Shown piece by piece: positions 1 through 9,987 of a stretch of DNA of 64,000 nt (positions within the stretch are counted from its first letter, which is position 1; each line of letters starts with the position of its first letter). The translations under genes were made by a program, and so were the position numbers. The notes beneath the pieces are model-generated. The model was not told the origin of the DNA and searched no databases. It saw nothing but the letters and a program-made list of their open reading frames with translations. Location: assembly GCF_000961795.1 (NCBI RefSeq), contig NZ_LADU01000108.1:1425-65424 (forward strand), in the 5' to 3' direction. This stretch comes from Hyphomonas sp. BRH_c22 (GTDB lineage Bacteria > Pseudomonadota > Alphaproteobacteria > Caulobacterales > Hyphomonadaceae).

Positions 1-39
1 TTGTCTTTCAACCGCTGAGATCGTGTGGAGTCGCCCAAC

Positions 40-927
40 ATGCCCGCAGATGGATTCGCCCCGGTAAGTCAGGTGGGTGGCCCGGACATGTCAGTGCAGC
101 AACGCGATGCACGGGTGATTGTCATCGGTAACGAAAAGGGCGGTGCCGGCAAGTCGACCGTTTCCATGCACCTGTCCGTTGCGCTGATGCGCATGGGCAA
201 GAAGGTCGGCATCATCGACCTTGACGTGCGCCAGCGCACCCTGACCCGCTATCTCGAAAACCGCCTGCGCTGGATGACCTCGACCGGTGCAAAGCTGCCG
301 ATGCCGGAAATCATCCGCGTCGATGCCAGCACAGAGCGGGATCTCGACAAGGCCGAGGCCGAGGAAACCCAGCGTTTCCTGTCCAGCCTCGCGCGTCTGA
401 AAAAGGCATGTGATTTCGTCCTGGTCGATGCGCCCGGCGGTGACACATTCCTCTCGCGCCTCGCGCATGTCAGCGCCGACAGCCTGATTACGCCCCTGAA
501 TGACAGCTTCGTGGACTTCGACCTGCTGGGCGACGTGAACCCGCAGACGCTCGAAGTGATCCGGCCCAGCTTCTACTCGGAAATGGTCTGGTCCTGCCGC
601 AAGAAGAAGGCGCAGGCGAGCCGCCGTCCGATCGACTGGATCGTCATGCGCAATCGCATGTCGCCGCTGGCCGCCAAGAACAAGGAACGCGTCGGCGAAG
701 CGCTTGAAAACCTGTCCAAGCGCATCGGTTTCCGCCTCGCACCCGGCCTGTCAGAGCGCGTGATCTATCGCGAACTCTTTCCAGCCGGCCTGACCCTGCT
801 TGACCTCACCGAGAAGGGCTCGAACGTCTCCTTCACGATGAGCCATGTCGCCGCGCGCCAGGAAATGCGCGACCTCCTGATCGTCCTGCAATTGCCGGAG
901 CTGATTGGCGCTGAAATCGAGTTCTAG
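40..927 (+). CDS. mipZ: Division plane positioning ATPase MipZ (ParA/MinD family)
   Basis: Deviant Walker A GNEKGGAGKST, DLDVRQRT, DSFVDFDLLG, ERVIYRELFPAGLTLLD, SHVAARQE are MipZ-type motifs. Start may be 40 or 88. Confidence 0.92.
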   Translation: MPADGFAPVSQVGGPDMSVQQRDARVIVIGNEKGGAGKSTVSMHLSVALMRMGKKVGIIDLDVRQRTLTRYLENRLRWMTSTGAKLPMPEIIRVDASTERDLDKAEAEETQRFLSSLARLKKACDFVLVDAPGGDTFLSRLAHVSADSLITPLNDSFVDFDLLGDVNPQTLEVIRPSFYSEMVWSCRKKKAQASRRPIDWIVMRNRMSPLAAKNKERVGEALENLSKRIGFRLAPGLSERVIYRELFPAGLTLLDLTEKGSNVSFTMSHVAARQEMRDLLIVLQLPELIGAEIEF

Positions 928-1778
928 TGGCGGGGCTTGCGGTCCCGGATCCTGTCGAATCCCTCTTTGATCGCAGCAAAACGGGCATCCACGGCCGGTT
1001 CGAATTCGGTGTCTGTCATGATGTACGGCCAGTCACCCTCGATCGCTTCGCGCACCAGTTCACCCACATAGAGGGGATCAATGCCATGCGCGATGGCCTC
1101 GGCCGCCGCCGCGGCGAATTCTGAACTCTCCAGATCGGCTGCCGCGCCGGTCGTATCCACAGCGCCGGCGAACCGATCAGGTACATTGCGGGCTGATTCC
1201 ATGATCCTGGTCCGAATGAAGCCGGGGCAGAGGACGGAGACGCCAATGCCGCGCGGCGCAAGTTCCACGCGCAAGCCTTCCGAAAGCGCCACCACGCCGT
1301 ACTTCGTGACATTATAGGGCGGGGCAACAGCCGCAACGAGGCCCGCGATGGACGCGGTCGATACGATCTGGCCGCCCTCGCCATGCGCCTCGATCAGCGG
1401 CCCGAAAATCTCGATGCCCCAGATGACCGACATGAGGTTGACGCCGAGCGTCCAGTTCCAGCCGGCATCAGTCCACTGGCCGTAGCTGCCGCCACCGCCG
1501 ACACCGGCATTGTTGACGAGGATGTGGACCTTGCCGAAGCGTTCGATCGTGGCGTCAGCGGCGGCCTGCAGCTCGTCCTTGAGGGACACATCCGCGATCA
1601 CGCCGTCGACATCCGCATTCGTCTGCTTCAGGTCGCTTGTCGCCTTGTCCAGCGCGTCTTTCTCGATGTCGCACATCATTACTTTGACACCCGCTTGCGC
1701 CAGTGCCGTGGCGATACCCAAACCGATGCCTGATGCTGCACCCGTTACGAACGCTGTCTTTCCAGCCAGATCTTTCAT
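924..1778 (-). CDS. Short-chain dehydrogenase/reductase
   Basis: TGAASGIG Rossmann motif, NNAG, catalytic YNVTK (YxxxK). 4-bp convergent overlap with mipZ. Confidence 0.9.
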   Translation of the reverse strand: MKDLAGKTAFVTGAASGIGLGIATALAQAGVKVMMCDIEKDALDKATSDLKQTNADVDGVIADVSLKDELQAAADATIERFGKVHILVNNAGVGGGGSYGQWTDAGWNWTLGVNLMSVIWGIEIFGPLIEAHGEGGQIVSTASIAGLVAAVAPPYNVTKYGVVALSEGLRVELAPRGIGVSVLCPGFIRTRIMESARNVPDRFAGAVDTTGAAADLESSEFAAAAAEAIAHGIDPLYVGELVREAIEGDWPYIMTDTEFEPAVDARFAAIKEGFDRIRDRKPRH

Positions 1779-1885
1779 GTCCGTCCCTCGTTTTCTTTCA
1801 GCTTGCGACGTGCGGGCCGTCAGGACAAGCCATAACGCATCGGAAGCCTAGGCAGACAAGGCCGCACCGCTTATAGGCCTCGCGC

Positions 1886-3031
1886 ATGGCGACTTTCCCT
1901 TTCCAGATCAAGGCAACCGAAGGCGCGGCCCGCACTGGCACGCTGACCACGCCGCGCGGCGAGATCCGCACGCCGGCCTTCATGCCCGTCGGCACCGCCG
2001 GCACGGTCAAGGCGCTCTACATGGACCAGGTGAAGGCGGCCGGGGCCGACATTATCCTGGGCAACACCTATCACCTGATGCTGCGGCCCGGCGCGGAGCG
2101 CGTGAAGCGCCTTGGCGGCCTGCATACGTTTTCCGGCTGGAAGGGCCCGATACTGACCGACAGTGGCGGCTTTCAGGTCTGGAGCCTTGCCCAGCTGCGC
2201 AAGATGGATGCCGACGGGGTGACGTTCCAGAGTCATATCGACGGGTCAACGCACCGGCTGACACCCGCACGCAGCATCGAGATTCAGGCCGATCTCCTGG
2301 GCGCCGATATTTCCATGCAGCTCGACGAATGCACGAATTTCCCCTGCACCCACAAGGAGGCCGAGCGCAGCCTCACCCTGTCGCTGGAGTGGGGCCAGCG
2401 ATCCCTTGATGCTTTTGGCGACCGGGACAGCCAGACCCTGTTCGGCATCATCCAGGGATCGAACTTCGCAGACCTGCGCGAACAGTCTGCCAAGGGCGTG
2501 GTCGCGCAGGGCTTCGGCGGAATCGCGCTGGGCGGACTGGCTGTGGGTGAAGGGCATGAGCAGATGTGCGCGACGATCGACATGACGGTCCCGCACCTGC
2601 CTGACGCCCTGCCGCGCTATGTCATGGGCGTCGGCAAGCCGATCGACCTGGTCGAAAGCGTCGCGCGCGGCATCGACATGTTTGACTGCGTGCTGCCCAC
2701 CCGGTCAGGCCGCCACGGACAGGCCTGGACATGGGCCGGGCCGGTCAATGTCAAGAATGCGCAGTTTGCGGAAGACCTGTCGCCAATTGACGAAGGTGTC
2801 GATTGCCCTGCCAGCCGCGACTATTCGCGGGCCTATTACCACCACCTGTTCAAGGCGGGTGAGTATCTCGGCCCCATGTTGCTCAGCTGGCACAATACAG
2901 CCTTCTTCCAGGCTCTGATGGCCGAAATCCGTCTCAGTATTCAGGAGGGACGGTTTGAAGCCCTTCGCTCTGAATTGGCGGCGCGGTGGGCTGGGACAAA
3001 GTCGTCTCCGAAGGCGGAGACTGAGGCATAG
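1886..3031 (+). CDS. tgt: tRNA-guanine transglycosylase (preQ1-inserting, bacterial type)
   Basis: [44 protein letters not shown] motifs. Confidence 0.97.
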   Translation: MATFPFQIKATEGAARTGTLTTPRGEIRTPAFMPVGTAGTVKALYMDQVKAAGADIILGNTYHLMLRPGAERVKRLGGLHTFSGWKGPILTDSGGFQVWSLAQLRKMDADGVTFQSHIDGSTHRLTPARSIEIQADLLGADISMQLDECTNFPCTHKEAERSLTLSLEWGQRSLDAFGDRDSQTLFGIIQGSNFADLREQSAKGVVAQGFGGIALGGLAVGEGHEQMCATIDMTVPHLPDALPRYVMGVGKPIDLVESVARGIDMFDCVLPTRSGRHGQAWTWAGPVNVKNAQFAEDLSPIDEGVDCPASRDYSRAYYHHLFKAGEYLGPMLLSWHNTAFFQALMAEIRLSIQEGRFEALRSELAARWAGTKSSPKAETEA

Positions 3032-3680
3032 GCCCGGCCGGAGGCGGCTGAGGAAAATCTCCCTTGAACAGGATGTCGTCACTCACTGAAGGGTGGACCA
3101 TGAAGTCCGGACGCGCAGGCGGCGGGCAGCCCTTGGCCAGCCCATAGCCCTTCAGATAGGCGCGTTGCTGTGCGCCGATCTTGAACGCCTTGTTGTATTT
3201 TTTCTCATGCTCGGCCGCGCCGCTGGCTCTCCGGATCAGGCCGCGGAAAGGGATGAATCCCCGGGCCTCGGATGCCAGCATGTTCAATGTCGCTTCAGCG
3301 GCCGAATCGGCGAGGATTTCGGTGCGCAGGCGCGCGTCCGGATTGGGCGTATCCCAGTCCGGCCCGAGGACAAGGTCAAGCCTGGCCAATTGGGCTTCAA
3401 CCGCTTCACAGGTCAGAACCGGCGAAAGTTCGTAAGGGCTCTCCATACCTGCCAGTAACGGCGGAATCTCGTCCCTCCGAAGGTTCAGGTCGTCCAGAGA
3501 GGACAATGCAGCGTCCGGCAGGCCGTCGCGCGTCTGTTCCATCGCGCTGGTCGTTACGGTGCCCATCTGGCTGCTCAGGGAGGGAGCGGTGCTGCCATCG
3601 GCCGGGACCGTTGACTGTGGGGTGCTGGCGCATGCGGCAAGCGCGGCAAAGGCGCCAAAACAAAGTAATCTTGTGCTCAT
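2934..3680 (-). CDS. Hypothetical lipoprotein
   Basis: Signal peptide with lipobox LAAC ([17 protein letters not shown]), conserved-looking core ([24 protein letters not shown]), Pro-rich tail overlapping tgt by 98 bp. Confidence 0.75.
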   Translation of the reverse strand: MSTRLLCFGAFAALAACASTPQSTVPADGSTAPSLSSQMGTVTTSAMEQTRDGLPDAALSSLDDLNLRRDEIPPLLAGMESPYELSPVLTCEAVEAQLARLDLVLGPDWDTPNPDARLRTEILADSAAEATLNMLASEARGFIPFRGLIRRASGAAEHEKKYNKAFKIGAQQRAYLKGYGLAKGCPPPARPDFMVHPSVSDDILFKGDFPQPPPAGPMPQSPPSETTLSQPTAPPIQSEGLQTVPPEY

Positions 3681-3777
3681 GCTGTCAGGGTGATGCGAAA
3701 AATATGGCGACATCAAGCCTCGCTGTGCAGGTAGCGGTTGACCCGGGAAGCGCCGTTGCCTAAATGGCGCCTTCGGC

Positions 3778-3853
3778 GTGCCCATAGCTCAGCTGGTAGA
3801 GCAACTGACTTTTAATCAGTAGGTCGCAGGTTCGAACCCTGCTGGGCACACCA
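3778..3853 (+). tRNA. tRNA-Lys (anticodon UUU)
   Basis: 76 nt cloverleaf: acceptor GTGCCCA/TGGGCAC, D arm AGCTCAGCTGGTAGAGC, anticodon arm ACTGA-CTTTTAA-TCAGT, GGTTCGAAC, encoded CCA. Confidence 0.98.
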
Positions 3854-3932
3854 TTACCCTCCCGAACTGCCAGGAAACACCGCTTTCGCGGCAGGATCGC
3901 GGCGCCTCTGGACGCCCATCTTGCTGGCGTGC

Positions 3933-3957
3933 GGAACGCCCCGCTGGTTCAGCCATT
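3933..3957 (+). promoter_or_regulatory. Putative EcfG/sigmaT (general stress) promoter
   Basis: GGAAC-N16-CATT (GGAAC-N18-TT), ending about 25 bp before the start codon at 3983. Confidence 0.4.
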
Positions 3958-3982
3958 GGTTCTCCAGACACAGGAGTCCTCA

Positions 3983-4369
3983 ATGAAACATACCAAAGCC
4001 GATACAGACCCTCAACGTGAACAGGAACTGAGCCGGCAGCGCGGCTACGGTGAAACACCGGGGCGCGGTGACGATACGGCCGAATCCGGTTTTCGGGCTG
4101 GGCAGGCCACCGGTTCAGACGATGATCATGGCATCCTGCGGGATGATGGCCAGCGACGCCCGGTAGGTGACGAAGGCGAGCCTATCGATGCGCAGTCCAA
4201 CCCTGTCATCAGCCCGGATGATGACAGGTCTCCGAACACGCCGGCAATGCTGGATGCCGACAAGGGCAGCCGCAAGGCAACGCCGGGCGCGGTGAAGCCC
4301 GCACCGGGCAATACCGAACTCGAAGATGCCTATTCGAAAAACGATCCCGGCGTGGACACCAAGGGCTGA
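3983..4369 (+). CDS. Hypothetical hydrophilic, acidic, probably disordered protein
   Basis: RBS AGGAG upstream of ATG. 128 aa rich in D/G/P with no hydrophobic core. Confidence 0.65.
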   Translation: MKHTKADTDPQREQELSRQRGYGETPGRGDDTAESGFRAGQATGSDDDHGILRDDGQRRPVGDEGEPIDAQSNPVISPDDDRSPNTPAMLDADKGSRKATPGAVKPAPGNTELEDAYSKNDPGVDTKG

Positions 4370-4439
4370 ACTTGCGACACCTTGCCCGTGCCTGCAGCGA
4401 TCCGATAAGCCTGTCACGGTGTGGCGAAAGGCGAGTCGG

Positions 4440-5279
4440 ATGAGTGCAGACAGGATCAGGCGGGCGAGCTTGCGGGATTCAATCCTGGAGGAGGCCCGCA
4501 GGCGTGTGCTCCTGATGGGAATCCTGAACGTCACGCCGGACTCGTTTTCAGATGGCGGGGTATTTTTTGATTCGGCTGCGGCCATAGCGCAGGCGCAGCG
4601 GATGGAATCCGAAGGCGCTGACATTCTCGACATCGGCGGGGAGTCGACACGTCCCGGTGCAGCCCCTGTCAGCGCGGAGGATGAAGCGCAGCGTGTCCTG
4701 TCGGTCCTGCCCGGCCTCTGCGCCGATGGATCGCGCGTGGTCTCTGTCGATACATACAAGGCCAGCGTCGCCCGCGTAGCGGCGGAGGCCGGAGCGGTGA
4801 TCATCAATGACGTTTGGGGCATGACGCGGGACGCCGGCATGGCGCAGGCCGTCGCTGACACCGCAAGCGCCGTGGTCGTGACCTATAATCGCGGGAAAGC
4901 CGACCCGGACCTGAACCTCGTCGATGACATGCGCGCATTCTTCGATCAGGCTTTCGGTGTTGCGCAGGAGGCCGGTGTGCCGCGCGAGCATATGATCCTC
5001 GATCCCGGCGTCGGATTTGGTAAAACATGGGAACAGAATTTTGGCGTGCTGGCACGTCTCGATGTCATGCTCGACTATGGCGTGACGGTTCTGGTCGGCG
5101 TGTCTCGCAAGTCCTTTATTGGCAAATTGCTGGACCGTGACGTGGATGATCGTTTGATCGGAAGCCTTGCCGCAGGTCTCGCAAGCGTCCAGAGAGGCGC
5201 TTCGATTCTGCGCGTCCATGATGTGGGCGCCCACGCGGACGCACTGAAAATGTGGAATGCGATAGGCGAGGCACAATGA
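4440..5279 (+). CDS. folP: Dihydropteroate synthase
   Basis: MGILNVTPDSFSDGG, DIGGESTRPG, DPGVGFGK, SRKSF, RVHDV. Confidence 0.96.
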   Translation: MSADRIRRASLRDSILEEARRRVLLMGILNVTPDSFSDGGVFFDSAAAIAQAQRMESEGADILDIGGESTRPGAAPVSAEDEAQRVLSVLPGLCADGSRVVSVDTYKASVARVAAEAGAVIINDVWGMTRDAGMAQAVADTASAVVVTYNRGKADPDLNLVDDMRAFFDQAFGVAQEAGVPREHMILDPGVGFGKTWEQNFGVLARLDVMLDYGVTVLVGVSRKSFIGKLLDRDVDDRLIGSLAAGLASVQRGASILRVHDVGAHADALKMWNAIGEAQ

Positions 5280-5641
5280 CAGACCGGGTTTTCGTTTCGA
5301 ATCTCAGGCTTCACGGCCATCATGGCGTGATGGACGCGGAGAAATCGCTCGGCCAGAAATTCATGGTCGATATTGATTGCCGCGTCATTCGGCAGGCCGA
5401 TGCCATCGACAGGCTGAGCGGGACGGTGAACTATGCTGATCTATGTGACCTTGCCGCCGAAGTATCGGCCCAGGACGATTTCAACCTGATTGAAACGCTG
5501 GCGCATGATATTGCAGCGGCGATCCTGTCGCGTTTTGCCATGGTGCACCAGGTGATGGTCACCGTGCGCAAGCCGTCGGCGCCGATAAAGCATATTGTCG
5601 ACCATGTCGGCGTGTCCGTAACGAGAGGCCGCGATGACTGA
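5276..5641 (+). CDS. folB: Dihydroneopterin aldolase
   Basis: GHHGV..E..LGQKF, TVNY, NLIETLA, RKPSAPI. ATGA overlap with folP. Confidence 0.94.
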   Translation: MTDRVFVSNLRLHGHHGVMDAEKSLGQKFMVDIDCRVIRQADAIDRLSGTVNYADLCDLAAEVSAQDDFNLIETLAHDIAAAILSRFAMVHQVMVTVRKPSAPIKHIVDHVGVSVTRGRDD

Positions 5642-6161
5642 GGCAGCAATCGCCCTGGGGTCCAATGTGGGAGACCGCACAGGTTTTCTGGCGTCTGCCC
5701 TGCGTGCCATCGGCGCGCTGCCTGGCTGCAGGCTGACAAGGGTTTCATCTGCCTACAAGACGCGCCCGTGGGGAAAGACAGACCAGGGCGAATTCATCAA
5801 TATGTGCGCCCTGATCGATACGGATCTGTCGCCGGCAGACCTGCTCGCTGCGGTGAAGGACGTCGAATCGTCGCTGGGCCGCACGGCATCAGAGCGATGG
5901 GGGCCGCGTGAGATCGATATCGACCTGCTGATCATTCCCGGCGTGGAGATGCGGACCGAAGATCTGACCCTACCGCATCCGCGCATGTCCGAACGGCTGT
6001 TCGTCATTGCGCCGCTGGCTGAAATCGCGCCTGACCTGACGCTGGGCAACCAGCGGATGGACGCACGCGCCAAGGCCTTGCAGGCAGCGGCCAGGCCGAA
6101 TGATTGCGTTGTCGATGACGAGGCCACGGAACTCATCAAGGCGGTTCTCGAAACGAAATAA
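5634..6161 (+). CDS. folK: 6-hydroxymethyl-7,8-dihydropterin pyrophosphokinase
   Basis: IALGSN, RWGPREIDIDLL, LTLPHPRM. Confidence 0.96.
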   Translation: MTEAAIALGSNVGDRTGFLASALRAIGALPGCRLTRVSSAYKTRPWGKTDQGEFINMCALIDTDLSPADLLAAVKDVESSLGRTASERWGPREIDIDLLIIPGVEMRTEDLTLPHPRMSERLFVIAPLAEIAPDLTLGNQRMDARAKALQAAARPNDCVVDDEATELIKAVLETK

Positions 6162-6206
6162 GGGGCCCGCCTTTCAGCGCGCCCCTCATGTTCCGGGCGT
6201 CATGGC

Positions 6207-7622
6207 CTAGAGGTTCTTGACGATATCCTCGACCATCTTCTTGGCGTCGGCGAGCAGCATCATCGTGTTGTCGCGGAAGAAGAGTTCGTTCTCGATGCCG
6301 GCATAGCCGGAACCCATCGAGCGTTTGATGAAGAGGACCGTCCCGGCATTTTCCACATCGAGGACTGGCATGCCGTAGATCGGCGATGTCTTGTCGGTCT
6401 TCGCCGCCGGGTTGGTCACGTCATTGGCACCGATAACGAACGCCACTTCGGAATTGCGGAAATCGGAGTTGATGTCTTCCAGTTCGAACACCTCGTCATA
6501 AGGCACCTGCGCTTCGGCGAGCAGGACGTTCATGTGCCCCGGCATCCGGCCTGCAACAGGGTGGATGGCGTATTTCACTTCAACGCCTTCTTCCTTCAGC
6601 TTGTCGGCCATTTCCTTCAGGGCGTGCTGGGCCTGCGCCACAGCCATGCCGTAGCCGGGCACGATGATGACCTTGGAAGCGTTCTTCATGATGAAGGCCG
6701 CGTCCTCTGCCGAACCGCGCTTGAACGGGCGGTCGACCTGCACGCCGCCAGCAGCGGCGGCATCGTCGCCGCCGAAGCCACCGAGGATGACCGAGATGAA
6801 GCTGCGGTTCATGCCCTTGCACATGATGTAGGACAGGATCGCGCCTGACGAGCCGACGAGCGCGCCGGTGATGATCAGCGCGAAGTTGCCAAGCGTGAAG
6901 CCGAGCGCCGCAGCGGCCCAGCCGGAATAGGAGTTCAGCATCGACACGACGACGGGCATGTCGGCGCCGCCGATGGGGATGATCAGCGTGATGCCGAGGA
7001 TCAGGGCGAACAGCGTGAGCAGGAGGAAGGCCCAGTGCGCATGGCCGTGGCTGGCCATCAGCACGCCGACCAGCACGATGATGCCGGCTGCGAGCGCGAT
7101 GTTCAGGATGTGGCGCCCGGGCAGCATGATCGGCGCGCCGCCCATGTTGCCGTTGAGCTTGGCAAAAGCGATCAGCGAGCCGGTAAAGGTGAGCGCGCCG
7201 ATGGCCGAGCCGAGCGAGAGTTCGATCAGCGAGGCGGCGTGGATGCCTTGGGCGTCTGCAATGCCAAAGCCGAGCGGAGCGTAAAGTGCGGCGGCCGCCA
7301 CCAGCACGGCGGCGAGGCCGACAAGGCTGTGGAAGGCGGCGACGAGCTGCGGCATGGCCGTCATGGCGATGCGCTTGGCGATGACGGCGCCTATGGTGCC
7401 TCCGATCGCGACGCCGCCAAGGATGATGCCCCAGGTGGCGAGATCAAGTTGGTTCCAGAGCAGGACGATGGTCGTGCCCACGGCAATGGCCATGCCGATC
7501 ATGCCGTTGCGGTTGCCCTTGCGGCTGGTGGCCGGGCTGGAGAGGCCGCGCAGCGCCAGGATGAAGAGCACGCCTGCGACGAGGTAGAGCGCGGGCGCCC
7601 AGGTGGAGTGGAAACTGTCCAT
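6207..7622 (-). CDS. pntB: NAD(P)+ transhydrogenase subunit beta
   Basis: MPQLVAAFHSLVG, IGGADMPVVVSMLNSYSG, PGYGMAVAQAQH, HPVAGRMPGHMNVLLAEA, GANDVTNP. Confidence 0.97.
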   Translation of the reverse strand: MDSFHSTWAPALYLVAGVLFILALRGLSSPATSRKGNRNGMIGMAIAVGTTIVLLWNQLDLATWGIILGGVAIGGTIGAVIAKRIAMTAMPQLVAAFHSLVGLAAVLVAAAALYAPLGFGIADAQGIHAASLIELSLGSAIGALTFTGSLIAFAKLNGNMGGAPIMLPGRHILNIALAAGIIVLVGVLMASHGHAHWAFLLLTLFALILGITLIIPIGGADMPVVVSMLNSYSGWAAAALGFTLGNFALIITGALVGSSGAILSYIMCKGMNRSFISVILGGFGGDDAAAAGGVQVDRPFKRGSAEDAAFIMKNASKVIIVPGYGMAVAQAQHALKEMADKLKEEGVEVKYAIHPVAGRMPGHMNVLLAEAQVPYDEVFELEDINSDFRNSEVAFVIGANDVTNPAAKTDKTSPIYGMPVLDVENAGTVLFIKRSMGSGYAGIENELFFRDNTMMLLADAKKMVEDIVKNL

Positions 7623-7626
7623 CAGA

Positions 7627-7995
7627 CTACTCCCCCTTCTTTTTATACATGGCCAGCATGCGCTGGGTGACGAGGAATCCGCCGAAAATGTTGACGCTGG
7701 CGAGCATGACGGCGACGCCGCCGAGGATCTTGGCGATCCAGTTGTCGGCGGTGAGGCCGGCTGCGGCAGCGGCCACAAGGGCGCCGACGATGATCACGGA
7801 CGAAATGGCATTGGTCACGGCCATCAGTGGCGTGTGCAGGGCGGGCGTCACGCTCCAGACCACGTAATAGCCGATGAAGCAGGCCAGAACGAAGATAGCG
7901 GCGAGGAAAATGGTCGGGTTCACGCCGCCGGACTCTGCAAAGGCAGGCGCGGCGAGAAGGAGCGCCGTCGCGGCGAGGCTGCTGAGGCGTTTCAT
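7627..7995 (-). CDS. pntAb: NAD(P)+ transhydrogenase subunit alpha, part 2 (membrane part)
   Basis: VTPALHTPLMAVTNAISS, NIFGGFLVTQRML. Confidence 0.95.
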   Translation of the reverse strand: MKRLSSLAATALLLAAPAFAESGGVNPTIFLAAIFVLACFIGYYVVWSVTPALHTPLMAVTNAISSVIIVGALVAAAAAGLTADNWIAKILGGVAVMLASVNIFGGFLVTQRMLAMYKKKGE

Positions 7996-9122
7996 GATTT
8001 CACCCTGTCATTCACGGTTTCACCATTGCGCGTGAGCAGCATGGCGGTGACGATTTCGTCGTCTGTATCGAGGTTGAGCGCGCCATCCTCGGCGGTGACA
8101 AGCGGCAGGAAGGCCAGCAGGTTCTTGGAGTACAGCGAGCTCGCATCGGCCGGCAGGCGCGCAGGCAGATTCGAGAAGCCGGCAATTTTCACGCCGCCCA
8201 CATCGACAATCTCGTCGGATTTCGACAGCGGGCAGTTGCCGCCCTGGCTGACCGCCATGTCGACGATGACTGAACCGGGCTTCATCGTTTTCACCATGGC
8301 TTCGGTGACGAGCACCGGTGCAGCGCGGCCGGGGATAAGGGCCGTCGTGATGACGATGTCCTGCTTGGTGATGTGCGACGCCGTGAGTTCAGCCTGCTTG
8401 GCCTGATATTCCGGTGACATCTGCTTGGCGTAGCCGCCAGCGGTTTCGGCGGCCTTGAACTCTTCATCCTCGACCGCGATGAACTTGGCGCCCAGCGAGG
8501 CGACCTGTTCCTTGGCGGCGGGACGAACGTCCGTTGCCGTCACCACGGCGCCGAGGCGGCGGGCCGTGGCGATGGCCTGCAGGCCGGCAACGCCGACGCC
8601 CATGATGAACACTTTGGCGGGCGCGATCGTACCGGCCGCCGTCATCATCATCGGCATCGCGCGGCCATAGGTCTGCGCGCCTTCGATCACGGCGCGGTAG
8701 CCGGCGAGGTTGGATTGGGAAGACAGGGCGTCCATGGACTGTGCGCGGGATATGCGCGGGGTGAATTCCATCGACAGGGATGCGATTTTCTTGCCATTGA
8801 GCGCGTCCAGCAGGCCGGGTTCAAGCGCGAACGGGTCCATCAGGGCGAGCAGGGCCGCACCGTCCGGCAGGGACGCGATCTCGGCGACCTCCGGGCCACG
8901 CACCTTGAACACCACATCGGCGCCCTTGGCGGCCTCGGCAGCATTGCTGCCGATCACTGCCCCCTCCGCCTTGTAGGCATCATCCATAAAGCCTGCGACC
9001 ACGCCTGCACCCGTCTCGACGGTTACAGAATGTCCCAGACCGACCAACTTCTTGACGGTCTCCGGTGTTGCGGCCACACGGGTCTCACCGGAGCGTCGCT
9101 CCCTCAGCACTGATATTTTCAT
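7992..9122 (-). CDS. pntAa: NAD(P)+ transhydrogenase subunit alpha, part 1 (NAD-binding domain I)
   Basis: ETRVAATPETV, PRISRAQSMDALSSQ, GVGVAGLQA, TTALIPG. Confidence 0.96.
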   Translation of the reverse strand: MKISVLRERRSGETRVAATPETVKKLVGLGHSVTVETGAGVVAGFMDDAYKAEGAVIGSNAAEAAKGADVVFKVRGPEVAEIASLPDGAALLALMDPFALEPGLLDALNGKKIASLSMEFTPRISRAQSMDALSSQSNLAGYRAVIEGAQTYGRAMPMMMTAAGTIAPAKVFIMGVGVAGLQAIATARRLGAVVTATDVRPAAKEQVASLGAKFIAVEDEEFKAAETAGGYAKQMSPEYQAKQAELTASHITKQDIVITTALIPGRAAPVLVTEAMVKTMKPGSVIVDMAVSQGGNCPLSKSDEIVDVGGVKIAGFSNLPARLPADASSLYSKNLLAFLPLVTAEDGALNLDTDDEIVTAMLLTRNGETVNDRVKS

Positions 9123-9187
9123 GCCGCTGAGATAGAGGCAAATTATTGCGTGACGCAACATGAAATTTGGAGGTTGAGGGCATGGGT

Positions 9188-9949
9188 ATGTTTAGTTTGG
9201 CTAATCGAACGGCTTTGGTTACCGGCGCGTCCAGCGGGCTTGGCCGCCATTTTGCGGGCGTTCTGGCAGAGGCCGGCGCCCATGTCGTGGTGGCGGCGCG
9301 GCGGATGGATCGCCTCGAGGCTGTCGCTGCAGAAATTGAAAAGCGCGGCGGCAAGGCCTTGCCAGTGGAAATGGACGTGACAAGCGAAGACAGCGTGACA
9401 GGCGCCTACGCGGAAATCGCCGACGCACTGGGGCGTCCGTGCGACATCATCGTCAATAATTCCGGCATGTCGCGTGAAGGCTGGTTCACGAAAATGCCCG
9501 AAGACGACTGGAATGCTGTCATCGACACAAACCTCACAGGCGTCTGGCGTGTTGCCAAGCATGGCGCCAACGCGATGACGGCCGCCAAGGTGCCCGGGTC
9601 CATCATCAATATTGCCTCGATAACGGGCCTGCGTACGCAGATGATGACGACCGCCTATTCGGTTTCCAAAGCCGGGGTCGACCACATGACCCGCCAGATG
9701 GCCGTCGAGATGGCACGCTTCGGAATCCGCGTGAACGCGATCGCGCCCGGCTATTTCAAGACCGAGATCAATGATGATTTCCTCGAATCGGAAGAGGGCC
9801 TGAAAATGATTCGCCGAATCGCCCAGCGCCGTATCGGCGATGTTTCCGAACTGTCGGGCCCTCTCCTGCTGCTCGCGTCCGACGCTGGCAGTTTCATGAC
9901 CGGCGCAACCATCGTCGTCGATGGCGGCCACACGCTGATGCCGCTTTGA
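9188..9949 (+). CDS. Short-chain dehydrogenase/reductase
   Basis: TGASSGLG, NNSG, YSVSK, VNAIAPG. Start may be 9182 or 9188. Confidence 0.9.
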   Translation: MFSLANRTALVTGASSGLGRHFAGVLAEAGAHVVVAARRMDRLEAVAAEIEKRGGKALPVEMDVTSEDSVTGAYAEIADALGRPCDIIVNNSGMSREGWFTKMPEDDWNAVIDTNLTGVWRVAKHGANAMTAAKVPGSIINIASITGLRTQMMTTAYSVSKAGVDHMTRQMAVEMARFGIRVNAIAPGYFKTEINDDFLESEEGLKMIRRIAQRRIGDVSELSGPLLLLASDAGSFMTGATIVVDGGHTLMPL

Positions 9950-9987
9950 TCTTGCCATCCCGGAATCACGGGACTAAAGCCTGTTCC

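Noticed and set aside
25-927. mipZ as a plasmid or chromosome ParA
   Set aside because: The motifs are MipZ-specific, and no adjacent parB or parS palindrome was seen.
4440-5279. folP next to a tRNA as an acquired sulfonamide-resistance (sul) gene
   Set aside because: It has ordinary DHPS motifs (DPGVGFGK) and sits in a coupled folP-folB-folK operon with host-like GC and no mobile context.
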